The notes under the pieces: model-generated
What the model saw: the letters and a program-made list of their open reading frames with translations, nothing else
What the model was told of the DNA's origin: nothing
Database searches by the model: none
Source of the DNA: an uncultured Aquimarina sp.
Lineage (GTDB): Bacteria; Bacteroidota; Bacteroidia; Flavobacteriales; Flavobacteriaceae
NCBI GenBank assembly: GCA_947502885.1
Contig: CANNBP010000013.1
Coordinates: forward strand, 89,049 to 153,048
Direction of reading: 5' to 3'
Length of the DNA stretch: 64,000 nucleotides
Position numbers and translations under genes: made by a program
Shown: one piece after another, positions 30,013 to 40,264 of the stretch
How positions within the stretch are numbered: the first letter of the stretch is position 1
Layout of the letters: each line of letters starts with the position of its first letter

Positions 30013-32223
30013 TTATAGACCAGAAGTCCAACCGTTAGCCCAGTCTGGAGCAGCAGCTCCATTACCAGCACCTGTGTTGTTTCCAACAGTTATAAAGTCT
30101 GTGTTAGCTCCTGTGTAGTCAGTTTGTACAAATCCAGCAGCTGTATTAGCAAATTGCATTGGGTTGATAGTAAGATCATCATTTTCTAATCTTGCCTTAG
30201 CTTCAGCATCTGTATCTTTTACTTTAACACCTAAGTTGATACCGCTTGTATAGAAATTAGTAATTGTAAAGTTACCTCCACCTTCTTTAAAGAATAGTGC
30301 TCCCTCGGTAACAGGTCCTACAACAGTAATATTAGAAAGAGTAGTTGTAGTAACAGGAGTCGCATCTCCATCATCACCATTGTTAGATCCTTCTATACCT
30401 GCTTTTGCACCATCTTTGATGTACCAGTAGTCACCGTTACCATTCCAACCGTCTGCAAAGTCAATAGAATCATCTCCACTTCCCACAGATACTAAGTATT
30501 TACCAGTTACAGTACCTCCAAAGAATTCGATACCATCATCTCCACCATGTAAAGATTGTACGTGCTCAAATGTAGTTCCAGATCCAACACCAAACAAAGA
30601 TACCCCGTTAAACTCTTTATCGTTAGAGAAAGTAGCACCTGTATATTCAACTCTTAAATATTTGATAGATCCAGAATTATCTGTAGAATTAGAACCACCA
30701 TATGTAAGGTCAGCAACTTCAGAAGTTACATTAGTTCCTTTATTAGTTGGTGCATCACCACAGATTACTAGTCCACCCCAGTCACCAGGAGCAGGATTAG
30801 TAGCAGCAGAGGTCATTACTACCGGTTGAGAAGAAGTTCCATTTACAAATATTTTAGCACCACGTTCTACAGCTATATAAGAAGCTGTTCCACCTGTAGC
30901 TTTAATTCTTGTTCCGGCAGGAATAGTAAGAGAACCTCCAGATTTAACAACAAAAGAACCAGTTAATAAGTATTCAACATTGGCATCAAGCGTAACATCG
31001 TTAGAAACTTCTCCAAGTAGATTTTCTGTAGAACTAGGTCCGCTATTGTCTAGACCAATAGTCCAACCTGCAGCCCAATCAGGAGAAGAAGCTCCATTTC
31101 CTGCACCATTGTTAAACCCTTCTGTATAAAAAGATTGGTTTGTTCCTGTATAATCAGTTGCATTAAATCCATTTGCTGTAGCTGCAAATTGAATGTTATC
31201 AATCTTTAAATCATTGTTTTCGATACGTGCTGCAGCCTCTGCATCGGTGTCTTTTACTTTGATACCTAAATCAATTCCAGTAGTATAGAAGTTATTTATT
31301 GTAAATTTACCACCACCTTCTTTAAAGAATAATGCACCTTCACTTACTGGTCCAACAACAGTAATATTAGATAATGTTGCATTAGTAACAGGTGTTGCGT
31401 TACCATCATCACCATTGTTTGATCCTTCAATACCAGCTTTAGCACCTCCAGAGATATACCAGTAGTTTCCTGTTCCGTTCCATCCATCAGCAAAGTCGAT
31501 AGAGTCATCACCACTATTAGTAGATACTAAGTATTTACCGTTTACAGTACCTCCAAAGAATTCGATACCATCGTCACCACCATTGTATGACTGAACATAT
31601 TCAACAACAGTTCCAGAACCAACACCGAAGAATGATGCTCCGTTAAATTCTTTATCATTAGAGAAAGTAGCACCTGTATATTCTAATCTTAAGTATTTAA
31701 CAACTCCAGAGTTGTCAGCAGCATTGTTACCACCATAAGTAAGGTCAGCAACTTCAGAAGTTACATTAGTTCCTTTGTTAGTTGGTGCATCACCACAAAT
31801 TACTAATCCACCCCAGTCACCAGGAGCAGGGTTAGCAGAACCAGAAGTCATTATTACGGGAGCAGAAGCAGTACCATTGATAAAGATCTTTGCACCACGC
31901 TCTACGGCGATATATGCAGAAGTACCTCCTGCAGCTTTAATAGTTGTTCCTGCAGGAATAGTCAAAGAAGATCCTGATTTTACCACATAAGCACCTGTAA
32001 GCTCATAAGAAAGAGTTGCATCTAAAGAAGTGTCTTCTGTTACCTCTCCTTGAAGTGTAGCAATTTCACAAGGAGTACAAGAACCTCCACAATCAACACC
32101 AGTTTCGTTTCCATTTTGTTTGCCATCTGAACAAGAGGATCCACCATCATCATCCTTGTTACAGGCAGCTATCATAGCTACTGCAGCAAAGGTTAGTATA
32201 AATTTTAAAAGATTGTTTTTCAT
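30013..32223 (-). CDS. Surface lipoprotein with a Cys-rich module and two tandem beta-helix-like domains
   Basis: Lipobox IAA-C then NKDDD (acidic export signal); SCSDGKQNGNETGVDCGGSC; two copies of PAPGDWGGL...YGG..DNSG...DDGIEFFGGTV. Confidence 0.85.
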   Translation of the reverse strand: MKNNLLKFILTFAAVAMIAACNKDDDGGSSCSDGKQNGNETGVDCGGSCTPCEIATLQGEVTEDTSLDATLSYELTGAYVVKSGSSLTIPAGTTIKAAGGTSAYIAVERGAKIFINGTASAPVIMTSGSANPAPGDWGGLVICGDAPTNKGTNVTSEVADLTYGGNNAADNSGVVKYLRLEYTGATFSNDKEFNGASFFGVGSGTVVEYVQSYNGGDDGIEFFGGTVNGKYLVSTNSGDDSIDFADGWNGTGNYWYISGGAKAGIEGSNNGDDGNATPVTNATLSNITVVGPVSEGALFFKEGGGKFTINNFYTTGIDLGIKVKDTDAEAAARIENNDLKIDNIQFAATANGFNATDYTGTNQSFYTEGFNNGAGNGASSPDWAAGWTIGLDNSGPSSTENLLGEVSNDVTLDANVEYLLTGSFVVKSGGSLTIPAGTRIKATGGTASYIAVERGAKIFVNGTSSQPVVMTSAATNPAPGDWGGLVICGDAPTNKGTNVTSEVADLTYGGSNSTDNSGSIKYLRVEYTGATFSNDKEFNGVSLFGVGSGTTFEHVQSLHGGDDGIEFFGGTVTGKYLVSVGSGDDSIDFADGWNGNGDYWYIKDGAKAGIEGSNNGDDGDATPVTTTTLSNITVVGPVTEGALFFKEGGGNFTITNFYTSGINLGVKVKDTDAEAKARLENDDLTINPMQFANTAAGFVQTDYTGANTDFITVGNNTGAGNGAAAPDWANGWTSGL

Positions 32224-32284
32224 TGTTTTTGAATTTTGATAAAAATTGTTTTCCTTTTTAAAGATTGATTTATTTTTGATTTAA

Positions 32285-35143
32285 TTAAAACTTATAACTT
32301 AATGATAGTTTTAAGTCATATCCTTTTTTGAAAGAAAGAACAGTAACGTCTCTTTCTTGAAAATTTAGATTTAATTCAGGATCATTATTAGTGTCTCCAT
32401 TAACTGCTTCCTGAACTCTTTTTATGGTTGGATTTAAAAGGTTTTTAGCCGATAATCCTAATGAAAGACTTTTGGTTAATTGTGCTTTAGCAATAAAATC
32501 TAGAGTTGGAACTCCTTTTTCAACAATGTTTCCTTTACCAACACTTCCAAGAGAGTAAATTCTATCTGAAAAGTAATTGGCTGCTATCGTTAATCTAAGG
32601 TTTCTGTTTTCTGCAAAATCGGTATAGTAACTGATATCAGCATTAGCAACTAAATCAGAAGCACCAGTTATACCCGTTTCTGTATAAGTAGGTATAAAAT
32701 TAACTGGCAGACCGATTGCTTGAGCAGGCTCTAATACTTTTGTGCCATCGAGATCTTGCTTTGTGTTCATATAAGAAGCATTTAAACCGGCAGTTAAGCT
32801 ATTCTTTAGAGTGTTTTCTTCTTTTTCAATCTCATTTTCAAAAAGTATCTTTCTGGCTTCAAGTTCTACCCCTATTGCAGTAGCTTTTTCTCCAGTATTT
32901 CCCCAAGAAATATCGTTGGCAGCAGAAACGGCGACAAAACTATTGATAGGATCTAAGATTCGTTTACCAAAAACTCCGAAAGAAAGTATTTCGCTTGATT
33001 TAGGGAAGAACTCCCATTTTAAGTCAACATTGTAATTTGTAGAAATTGCAGTTGCAGGGTTTCCGAAATAATCTTGATTTACTTGTTGATATAAGAAAGG
33101 GGCTCTCTCTTTGTATTGAGGTAAAGTATATGTTTTACTTGCTGCGAATTTTAAATTCTGCTTTTCATTAATTTCATATTTAACAGAAAGAGAAGGCAAA
33201 AATTCAAAAGAGTCTAATTCGTTATCATCAATTTCTGGTCGTGTAGAAGTTGACCATTCAACGAATTGATTAATCTGCTCAGCTCTAAGACCGACTAATA
33301 CAGTAAGTTTTTGGGAAAAAGCATATTCAGCATTTAAAAACCCTGCGTGTATACTTTGATCACCTCTATAGAATTGAGGGTCTAATGCTCCAGGAACATC
33401 TATTGTTCCTCTAAAAGTTCTTATTCTAAAGAGTCCATTATTGATGTTTTCTTGACTAAAATAAGGGTCAACATTATAAGGATCAACATTTACTCCAAGA
33501 TTTGGGTTTCTAAATATTTGAAAGTTAAATTGAGTAGCTTCAAAATTTACATCTTTAAACCTTCCGCTATACCCTAAAGTAATTTTACCATCAAACTTAT
33601 CATCTTCATTCTTTTTAAATTTAAAGTTAGTACTAAGGTTTGCAGCAATTTCTTCCTCGTTTAATTCTCCGTAAAATCTATGGTTATCAGATGCTGAAGA
33701 TATTTGAGCAAAAGATTTTGGTCCATTTGGTTCTTCTGCTATTTCAGGTAATAAGGTTACTTGTCTTCGGTCTGGTTCTAATGCAATAATATCATTATAA
33801 GAGGCTCCCCAATTTATATCTAACCTCTCAGATAATTCATGACTTCCTAGTAACTGATGAATCATTAAAGATGTTCTTTCAAAGACAGATCTTTGAATAA
33901 AACCACCTCCTTCAGAAGCATCATCTTCAATATCTATAATTCCGTTAAACTCCTTTTGTTGTTGGCTAGATGTATTAAGGAAAAGAACATTATAGTTTAG
34001 GGTGTTGTTGTTATGTTTTAAACTAGCATTACCCATTAAAGTTGTATTAGTGTTGTATGCGTAGTTAAAGTAATCAAAATCGCTGTTTGCAACAGAATTA
34101 GCGGTAACTCCACCTCTAGATTCACCTTCTCTATAGTTGTAATTATTGCTAAAAGATCCTATTGCAAATAGACTTAGTTTTGTTTCATCTCCGAAAATGT
34201 AAAAAGAGTCTCCCCCTTTTATGGAGATTCCTGTATTTATAGGAGCTGACGTTTTTTCTCTGTCCCAACTCGTAGTGAAGTTATAGTTTGTTAACGGAGA
34301 ATCTGGGATACTTGGATTGTAAAATCCACTTTTATTAGGCCCGTCATTTAAAAAGAAATCATCAGCACCTGTTGTAATAGTATTTATACCTGATTCAAAA
34401 CCTAATTCTACAAAACCTTTACCTTTATATTTTTTAGATGTAATATCTATATTGGCTCCAGCAAAATCACCGTAGTTTTTTACGTCAAATGTTTTATCAA
34501 TACCAATGGCTTCAACGATATCTGTATTGAAAATGTCTAATTGTATATTTTTCTTTGATGGATCGTTTGAAGGTAATGGTAAACCATTAAGTGTTGTTAC
34601 ATTATAGCGATCTCCTAACCCTCTTACAAATACATTTCCTGATCCTTCTTGTTTTGATATTCCAGTTACTTTTGTAACTGCTGTTGCAACATCACCTACA
34701 CCTTTTTTAGCAAGCTCTTGCGCTCCGATTGAAGTTTTTTGTGTTACAGCAGCCTTTTGTTCAATTAATAGTGCCTCTTCACGTTCACGATTGGTTACTA
34801 CTTTAATAACTACTTCTTCTAATGCTGCTGCGGTTGCACCCATAGTAGCGTCTATCACGGCTACTTTATCTGCTTCTACGACTACATTTGGAATTTCTAC
34901 AGTTTGATATCCTGTAAAACTAAACTCTATTGTATAAGTTCCTACAGGTACACCTGTGATTTCGTATAATCCATCAAAATCTGTAGATGCTCCTTTTGAG
35001 GTTCCTTTAATTACCACATTGGCAAAAGGAAGGGGCTGGTTTCCAGATTCTTTGTCTAATAATTTGCCGGCGATAGTACCGGTGTCTTGGGCAAAAATAG
35101 CTCCTACAAATAGAAGTGCTATTACTGTAAAAAATTTTCTCAT
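32285..35143 (-). CDS. TonB-dependent receptor (non-SusC type)
   Basis: Signal peptide, CarboxypepD_reg-like N-terminus (LPFANV, TDFDGLY), plug VFVRGLGDRYN, C-terminal LSLSYKF. Confidence 0.93.
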   Translation of the reverse strand: MRKFFTVIALLFVGAIFAQDTGTIAGKLLDKESGNQPLPFANVVIKGTSKGASTDFDGLYEITGVPVGTYTIEFSFTGYQTVEIPNVVVEADKVAVIDATMGATAAALEEVVIKVVTNREREEALLIEQKAAVTQKTSIGAQELAKKGVGDVATAVTKVTGISKQEGSGNVFVRGLGDRYNVTTLNGLPLPSNDPSKKNIQLDIFNTDIVEAIGIDKTFDVKNYGDFAGANIDITSKKYKGKGFVELGFESGINTITTGADDFFLNDGPNKSGFYNPSIPDSPLTNYNFTTSWDREKTSAPINTGISIKGGDSFYIFGDETKLSLFAIGSFSNNYNYREGESRGGVTANSVANSDFDYFNYAYNTNTTLMGNASLKHNNNTLNYNVLFLNTSSQQQKEFNGIIDIEDDASEGGGFIQRSVFERTSLMIHQLLGSHELSERLDINWGASYNDIIALEPDRRQVTLLPEIAEEPNGPKSFAQISSASDNHRFYGELNEEEIAANLSTNFKFKKNEDDKFDGKITLGYSGRFKDVNFEATQFNFQIFRNPNLGVNVDPYNVDPYFSQENINNGLFRIRTFRGTIDVPGALDPQFYRGDQSIHAGFLNAEYAFSQKLTVLVGLRAEQINQFVEWSTSTRPEIDDNELDSFEFLPSLSVKYEINEKQNLKFAASKTYTLPQYKERAPFLYQQVNQDYFGNPATAISTNYNVDLKWEFFPKSSEILSFGVFGKRILDPINSFVAVSAANDISWGNTGEKATAIGVELEARKILFENEIEKEENTLKNSLTAGLNASYMNTKQDLDGTKVLEPAQAIGLPVNFIPTYTETGITGASDLVANADISYYTDFAENRNLRLTIAANYFSDRIYSLGSVGKGNIVEKGVPTLDFIAKAQLTKSLSLGLSAKNLLNPTIKRVQEAVNGDTNNDPELNLNFQERDVTVLSFKKGYDLKLSLSYKF

Positions 35144-35660
35144 TGTATGTTTTCAAAATCTGGTACAAATAAATACGGTTTTACAGTAATTCTCTTTACG
35201 CCATTATTATCCTTAGTTTAAGGGATTGTGATGCATAAAAATGATTGCATTCTATTTTTTAGTAGATTTTTAGACGTGTATTGTACTTGATTTGTTTTTT
35301 AACTATTTAAATAACAGTAATCAATATTGTTTTTTGTTGACTAAACAAGGTGTGATGTAGAGGTTTGTTTAAGTTAAATGTTAAAAACGTGATTTTTTTA
35401 CAAATTGTTAGAGAAAGATTAGGAAAATGTTAACTCATAAATGATTTTGATTCGATGTTTAACATTTAGGTAAAACTATAAGAGTAGGTAGGGGAGAACA
35501 AAAAATCTTTTTTTTACCTTTTGAGATACCATTCCATAGATATGGTGAAGTTTTAATTCATAATTGATATTAAAACTAATTCTGAAATCTGAAAATGGTT
35601 TTCTATTGGATGCCTAGTAAGTTTATTCTTGGAGAGATTATCTATATATGTATAAAACAA

Positions 35661-35687
35661 CAAAAGCCTGACAATGTCAGGCTTTTG
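35661..35687 (-). terminator. Terminator after lipoprotein 1
   Basis: CAAAAGCCTGAC-aat-GTCAGGCTTTTG. Confidence 0.8.
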
Positions 35688-35707
35688 TACTTATAATTTG
35701 TAAGATT

Positions 35708-37048
35708 TTATAATCTAGTCCAGTCTGATGTCCAAGATCCATTTTCTTCTAATGCACCTGCATATGGGGCAGCGTCAAAAAATGATCCTAACGTTGATGG
35801 GTCGAAGTTGTCAACACCATCAACAGCTGTTGTGTATTGATAAGTTCCTGTGTATCCATTTAGTTTTAGTTCTTCGTTTTCTGGAGCAGAACCAGGAATA
35901 GTTGTTGCAGCAGTATTGAAAGGATCACCAGAACCATCAAGAGTGTAATTTTGGTACGTAGCAAAGTCAGCAAGGTCCTTTGTAGCACCTCCATGGTCAA
36001 GGTCAAAAGATTTTACGTTATCGATGATAGAGTTTTTAACAATCACCTCGTCATTATTTAGGTTGATCAAAGTTTGGTCATCATCAACTTCGATACCTTT
36101 TCCAGGAAATGCTTTAATGATAGCGTTATATAGAGTTACTTTGGTACCTGCTCTAAATTCGATTCCTTTGTTTTCTCCGTCTCCATCTTCTGCTCCTATT
36201 AATGTAATATTTGATAAAGTAGGGTTAGAGAAAGGGGCTGCAGTTGGATTGTCGGCAAAGTTATCTGCTTCTATTCCTTTGTCACCAGCAACAGAAGTTT
36301 GCTGTGCAATCCAGAATTGGCCATTTCCTACCCATCCGTCTGTCCAGTCAAAAGAGTCATCACCAGCTCCTGTTACTACGGCATACTTTAGATTTACTGT
36401 TCCTCCAAAAAATTCGATTCCATCATCATTACCATTAAAAGTTTGGATATATTCTAGTGTAGTCCCGTTTCCAACACCATATAGAGATAGTCCATTGTAT
36501 TCTGCATTATCGTTAATTTTACCACCAGTATATTCTAAACGAACATATTTTAGTACTCCAGAATCATCGGCAGCATCGGTTCCTCCATATGTTAGATTGG
36601 CAACTTCTGTAGTAGCTGTTGTTCCTCTATTGATAGGAGCTTTTCCTGCGATTAATAATCCACCCCAATCTCCTGGATTAGGTGTTGATTTGTTAGAAGT
36701 AAATACGATAGGTTGACTAGCTGTACCTTCTGCAACAATTTTAGCTCCTTGTTCTATGGCTAGGTATGAAAACACACCACCAACATCACCAGCAATAATT
36801 CTAGTTCCTGCTTCAATGGTTAATGTAGCTCCGCTTTTTACAGAAACACCACCTCTTAACTCGTATACTTTACTTGCTTCTAGTTTTAAATTTGAAGTAA
36901 TTGCTCCTTCTAGAATATTTTCTGATGAGTTTTCATTAGTTCCCTGATTAATGATAACATCACCAATATTATCTTCTTGAATAGTACAAGCGTTAAATAA
37001 GACAGCTGTTCCTATTAATATTCCCGTAAATAAATTCTTAGCTTTCAT
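35708..37048 (-). CDS. Surface lipoprotein with one beta-helix-like domain (paralog of 30013..32223)
   Basis: Lipobox FNA-C; PNPGDWGGL, YGGTDAADDSG, DDGIEFFGGTV, DDSFDW, DKGIEAD. Confidence 0.88.
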   Translation of the reverse strand: MKAKNLFTGILIGTAVLFNACTIQEDNIGDVIINQGTNENSSENILEGAITSNLKLEASKVYELRGGVSVKSGATLTIEAGTRIIAGDVGGVFSYLAIEQGAKIVAEGTASQPIVFTSNKSTPNPGDWGGLLIAGKAPINRGTTATTEVANLTYGGTDAADDSGVLKYVRLEYTGGKINDNAEYNGLSLYGVGNGTTLEYIQTFNGNDDGIEFFGGTVNLKYAVVTGAGDDSFDWTDGWVGNGQFWIAQQTSVAGDKGIEADNFADNPTAAPFSNPTLSNITLIGAEDGDGENKGIEFRAGTKVTLYNAIIKAFPGKGIEVDDDQTLINLNNDEVIVKNSIIDNVKSFDLDHGGATKDLADFATYQNYTLDGSGDPFNTAATTIPGSAPENEELKLNGYTGTYQYTTAVDGVDNFDPSTLGSFFDAAPYAGALEENGSWTSDWTRL

Positions 37049-37071
37049 TTTTATAAGTTGTATTCGTTTTA

Positions 37072-39879
37072 TTAAAATTTGTATTTCACACCTAGACTTA
37101 AGGTGATCCCATTATCATATTGAAAAGTTGTAAGTTCTTGATTTATGTTTTCTTGATCTTGAAACCTACTGATTGAAGGGTTTAAAAGATTTTTTGCTTT
37201 AAAACCAATTTCAATATGTTCTCCTATTTGATCTTTAATATTAAAGTTTAATGTACCATAGCCTTTTTCAAAAATATCTCCTCTGCTATTACTTCCTGCA
37301 GCATATATACGATTTCCAAAGATGTTAAAGTCTAATGCCGAAGTAATTTTATGAGTATTGATTTCTTTTGTATAAGTTATATCTGCATTTAATAGGAATG
37401 GAGAAGCGCCTTGTAATCGACGATTGTCATTGGTAAGTGCTATGTCTGCTCCATTAATTCTGGTGTCTTTATTAATTTTTACCTCAGAATGCATAATTGT
37501 GGTGTTGATTCCAAAATTAAGGTCGTTCCATGCAGTTTCTTCAACTTTAAAAAGGTTACCTAGGTTTTTTCTGTATTCTAATTCTAAACCATATACTGTA
37601 GCACTTTTTGTATTACCAAAAGAATTAAAATTTGATGCTGATGCTAATCCAATTTTTTCTATAGGATTATCTATAAGTTTTCCAAATAGAGTGGCACTAA
37701 ACAATTCACCAGATTGCTCTGGGAAATGCTCCCATTTAATATCAATGTTATAGTTATCTGAGTTTTTTAACTCTGGATTACCAAGAGTTGCCTCAGTAAT
37801 ATCTTCGTCTAAGAAAGGAGCTACCTCTGTAAACTTAGGTAAGGTAACCGTTTTACTAGCTGCAAATCTTAGGTTAGATTGCTCGTTGATGCTATACTTT
37901 AATCCTATGCTTGGTAAAACAAATGTTTCTTTTAAAGTGTTTCTTTTAAAATCACTTGTCTCTAAGTCTTGAGGTAAACGATAGTATATATTTTGTTTGA
38001 ATATTTCAGTTCTTACCCCACCGTTAGCGATTAGTTTTTCATTTATAGCGTATTGTAAATTAAAATATCCACCAATATTTGTGAAATCCGCTTCGTAGGC
38101 ACGTGTAGGGTTTAGGTTTTCTAATACAATATATTCGCCAGCAAGTAAATTAGATTCATTTAACAACGCATCTGGGTTGTTAAAATCAACATTAACATTG
38201 TTAAGGTTGTTTAAGTTGTAGTTTAATTGATTGGCTTCAAAATCTCTGTCTTTATGTCTTGCGAATGTTCCAAAAGTTAATTTGTTTTTAAAAACGTCGT
38301 CTTCGTCTTTTCCAAAATTAATATCAAAATCAATTTTTGCAGAATAATCATTTTCGTTTAATTCTTGGTAAAAACGTTGATTGTTTGCAAAATCAGGACT
38401 TGTAGCATCGCCAAGGATAAGGTTTCCGTTATCAACTTCGGTAAATACTAATTGACGTCTGTCTGGAATTAATCCTTTTGCTTTATTATAAGCAGTTCCC
38501 CAACTTAATTTGTACTTACTTTCTTCAAACTTATGTTCTCCTGTTAGTTGCTGTGTAAGTAGATTGTTTTGTTCATATGTACCTCTTCTTATTCGTATAA
38601 AAACATCGGTATCTTCACTACTTAAACCTCTTAACTCTCTTAATTCGTCTTGAGTGTCATTTACAAATAAGGTTGTAGCAAGAATTTTATTGTCGCTATT
38701 CCAACGATAACCTATACTATTAAGTAAAGTGGTATTGGTGTTATATCTGTATCTATTGGCATCTTCAAAAAAGCCAATACCAACGGTTGACTCTCCACCA
38801 GAATTATAAGCAGCTTCTAGACCTGTTGAAGCTTCGTGGTTTTGGCTAAAAGATGCTGTAAACAATACATCTAATTTGCTAGGGCCATCTTCTCCAAGAG
38901 TAAAGGTCTTGCCTCCTGTAATGCTTGCTCCACCATCGGGTCCATTAAATCTTTTTTGCGGATTAAAAGAAGTGTCAAAAGGATAATAGTCTATTTGTGT
39001 ACTATTGTAGTTGTAGTCTGGTATATCCAAAAAGATAGGTGTTCTTCTAGATCCATCATCTATACCCCATTCATCATATTGTCCACCATTAAGTAGAAAA
39101 AAGTCATCGCTAATCGCATTGGAATTTACACCTGCAGAAAAGCCTACTTCTAGAAATCCTTTTCCCGGGCGATCTTTGGTATCTATATTTACACTTGCTC
39201 CAGCAAAATCACCATAGATATTAGGAGCATATGTTTTATATATCCCTAAGTTTTCTACAATGTCTGTAGGAAAAATACCTAAATCAATAAGTTTTAGTTT
39301 TGGATTTAATGATGGGATTGGTAATCCATTAAGATATGCGTTGTTATAACGATCACCAAGTCCACGAACATACAGTTTATCACTTTGTTTAGAGATACCT
39401 GTCGCCTTAGTTAATCCAGTTGCAACATCACTAACACCTTTTTTAGAAAGTTCTTGTGCTCCAATCTTCTGCTGTATTGCTACTGCATTTTTTTGCTCTA
39501 ACAGGATTGCTGCTTCAGATTCTTTTTTAGTTGTAGTCTTAATTATTACTTCGTCTAGTGCAGCTGCACTGGCACCTATAGATGTATCTACAGTAGTAGT
39601 TTCATTTGGCTTAACTACTACATCTGATATATATTTAGTTTCATATCCTACAAAACTAAATTCTAAGGTATATGTTCCTGGTTCTAGGTTTTCGATAGTG
39701 TATAAACCATCAAAATCTGTTGTGGTTCCTTTTGTTGTACCCGTAATTAATACATTGGCAAAAGGAAGGGGCTGATTTCCGGCATCTTTATCTAACAGTT
39801 TACCTGTAACAGATCCGGTTTCTTGCGCTAGGATTATTCCTACAAAAAATAACGCGAAGAGTGTGACAATTTTTTTCAT
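37072..39879 (-). CDS. TonB-dependent receptor (paralog of 32285..35143)
   Basis: Near-identical N-terminus (GNQPLPFANV...TDFDGLY), LYVRGLGDRYN plug, C-terminal LGVKYKF. Confidence 0.93.
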   Translation of the reverse strand: MKKIVTLFALFFVGIILAQETGSVTGKLLDKDAGNQPLPFANVLITGTTKGTTTDFDGLYTIENLEPGTYTLEFSFVGYETKYISDVVVKPNETTTVDTSIGASAAALDEVIIKTTTKKESEAAILLEQKNAVAIQQKIGAQELSKKGVSDVATGLTKATGISKQSDKLYVRGLGDRYNNAYLNGLPIPSLNPKLKLIDLGIFPTDIVENLGIYKTYAPNIYGDFAGASVNIDTKDRPGKGFLEVGFSAGVNSNAISDDFFLLNGGQYDEWGIDDGSRRTPIFLDIPDYNYNSTQIDYYPFDTSFNPQKRFNGPDGGASITGGKTFTLGEDGPSKLDVLFTASFSQNHEASTGLEAAYNSGGESTVGIGFFEDANRYRYNTNTTLLNSIGYRWNSDNKILATTLFVNDTQDELRELRGLSSEDTDVFIRIRRGTYEQNNLLTQQLTGEHKFEESKYKLSWGTAYNKAKGLIPDRRQLVFTEVDNGNLILGDATSPDFANNQRFYQELNENDYSAKIDFDINFGKDEDDVFKNKLTFGTFARHKDRDFEANQLNYNLNNLNNVNVDFNNPDALLNESNLLAGEYIVLENLNPTRAYEADFTNIGGYFNLQYAINEKLIANGGVRTEIFKQNIYYRLPQDLETSDFKRNTLKETFVLPSIGLKYSINEQSNLRFAASKTVTLPKFTEVAPFLDEDITEATLGNPELKNSDNYNIDIKWEHFPEQSGELFSATLFGKLIDNPIEKIGLASASNFNSFGNTKSATVYGLELEYRKNLGNLFKVEETAWNDLNFGINTTIMHSEVKINKDTRINGADIALTNDNRRLQGASPFLLNADITYTKEINTHKITSALDFNIFGNRIYAAGSNSRGDIFEKGYGTLNFNIKDQIGEHIEIGFKAKNLLNPSISRFQDQENINQELTTFQYDNGITLSLGVKYKF

Positions 39880-39919
39880 TTAACGTGTTCTGAAATTCCG
39901 GGCAAAGAAAGGCAGACTT

Positions 39920-39936
39920 TGTTAAGTTGGTGTTAC
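39920..39936 (-). promoter_or_regulatory. Candidate OmpR/PhoB-type box upstream of the TBDT operon
   Basis: Minus strand GTAACA-ccaac-TTAACA, 11-bp period, just upstream of a TTTCTTTG -7-like box at 39903-39910. Confidence 0.4.
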
Positions 39937-40214
39937 TAACAGATTAATTGTAAATGATATTAATGTTAAGTAAAAGTTAACCACCTATGTTTATTAAGTA
40001 GTTTTATTGAGGTATCTACCTTGTACGGGGGGAGAAATTAAAACATTGATTACAAAACAAAAAGGGAATAGAGTAGGATGTGTTTGGGTGGTTTTGATTT
40101 GTTATGTAAATATTAGGTGTTAAGTAATTATAAAAATAATATTAAAAATATTTTTTGATCAAAAGTCAATATCAGAAAGGGTTGTAGGTGTTTTTTTTCG
40201 TTTTAGAGCATAAA

Positions 40215-40243
40215 AAAAACGTCTCGATTTTCGAGACGTTTTT
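40215..40243 (-). terminator. Terminator after the small MORN-like protein
   Basis: AAAAACGTCTCGA-ttt-TCGAGACGTTTTT. Confidence 0.75.
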
Positions 40244-40264
40244 GTACTTTTTGATGCGTAATAA

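Noticed and set aside
36024-36716. 230-aa plus-strand ORF, and the other short antisense ORFs in the track (e.g. 1707, 2373, 16454, 31775, 37424, 43957, 60142)
   Set aside because: They lie wholly antisense to well-supported genes and have no recognisable motifs; they are shadows of codon bias
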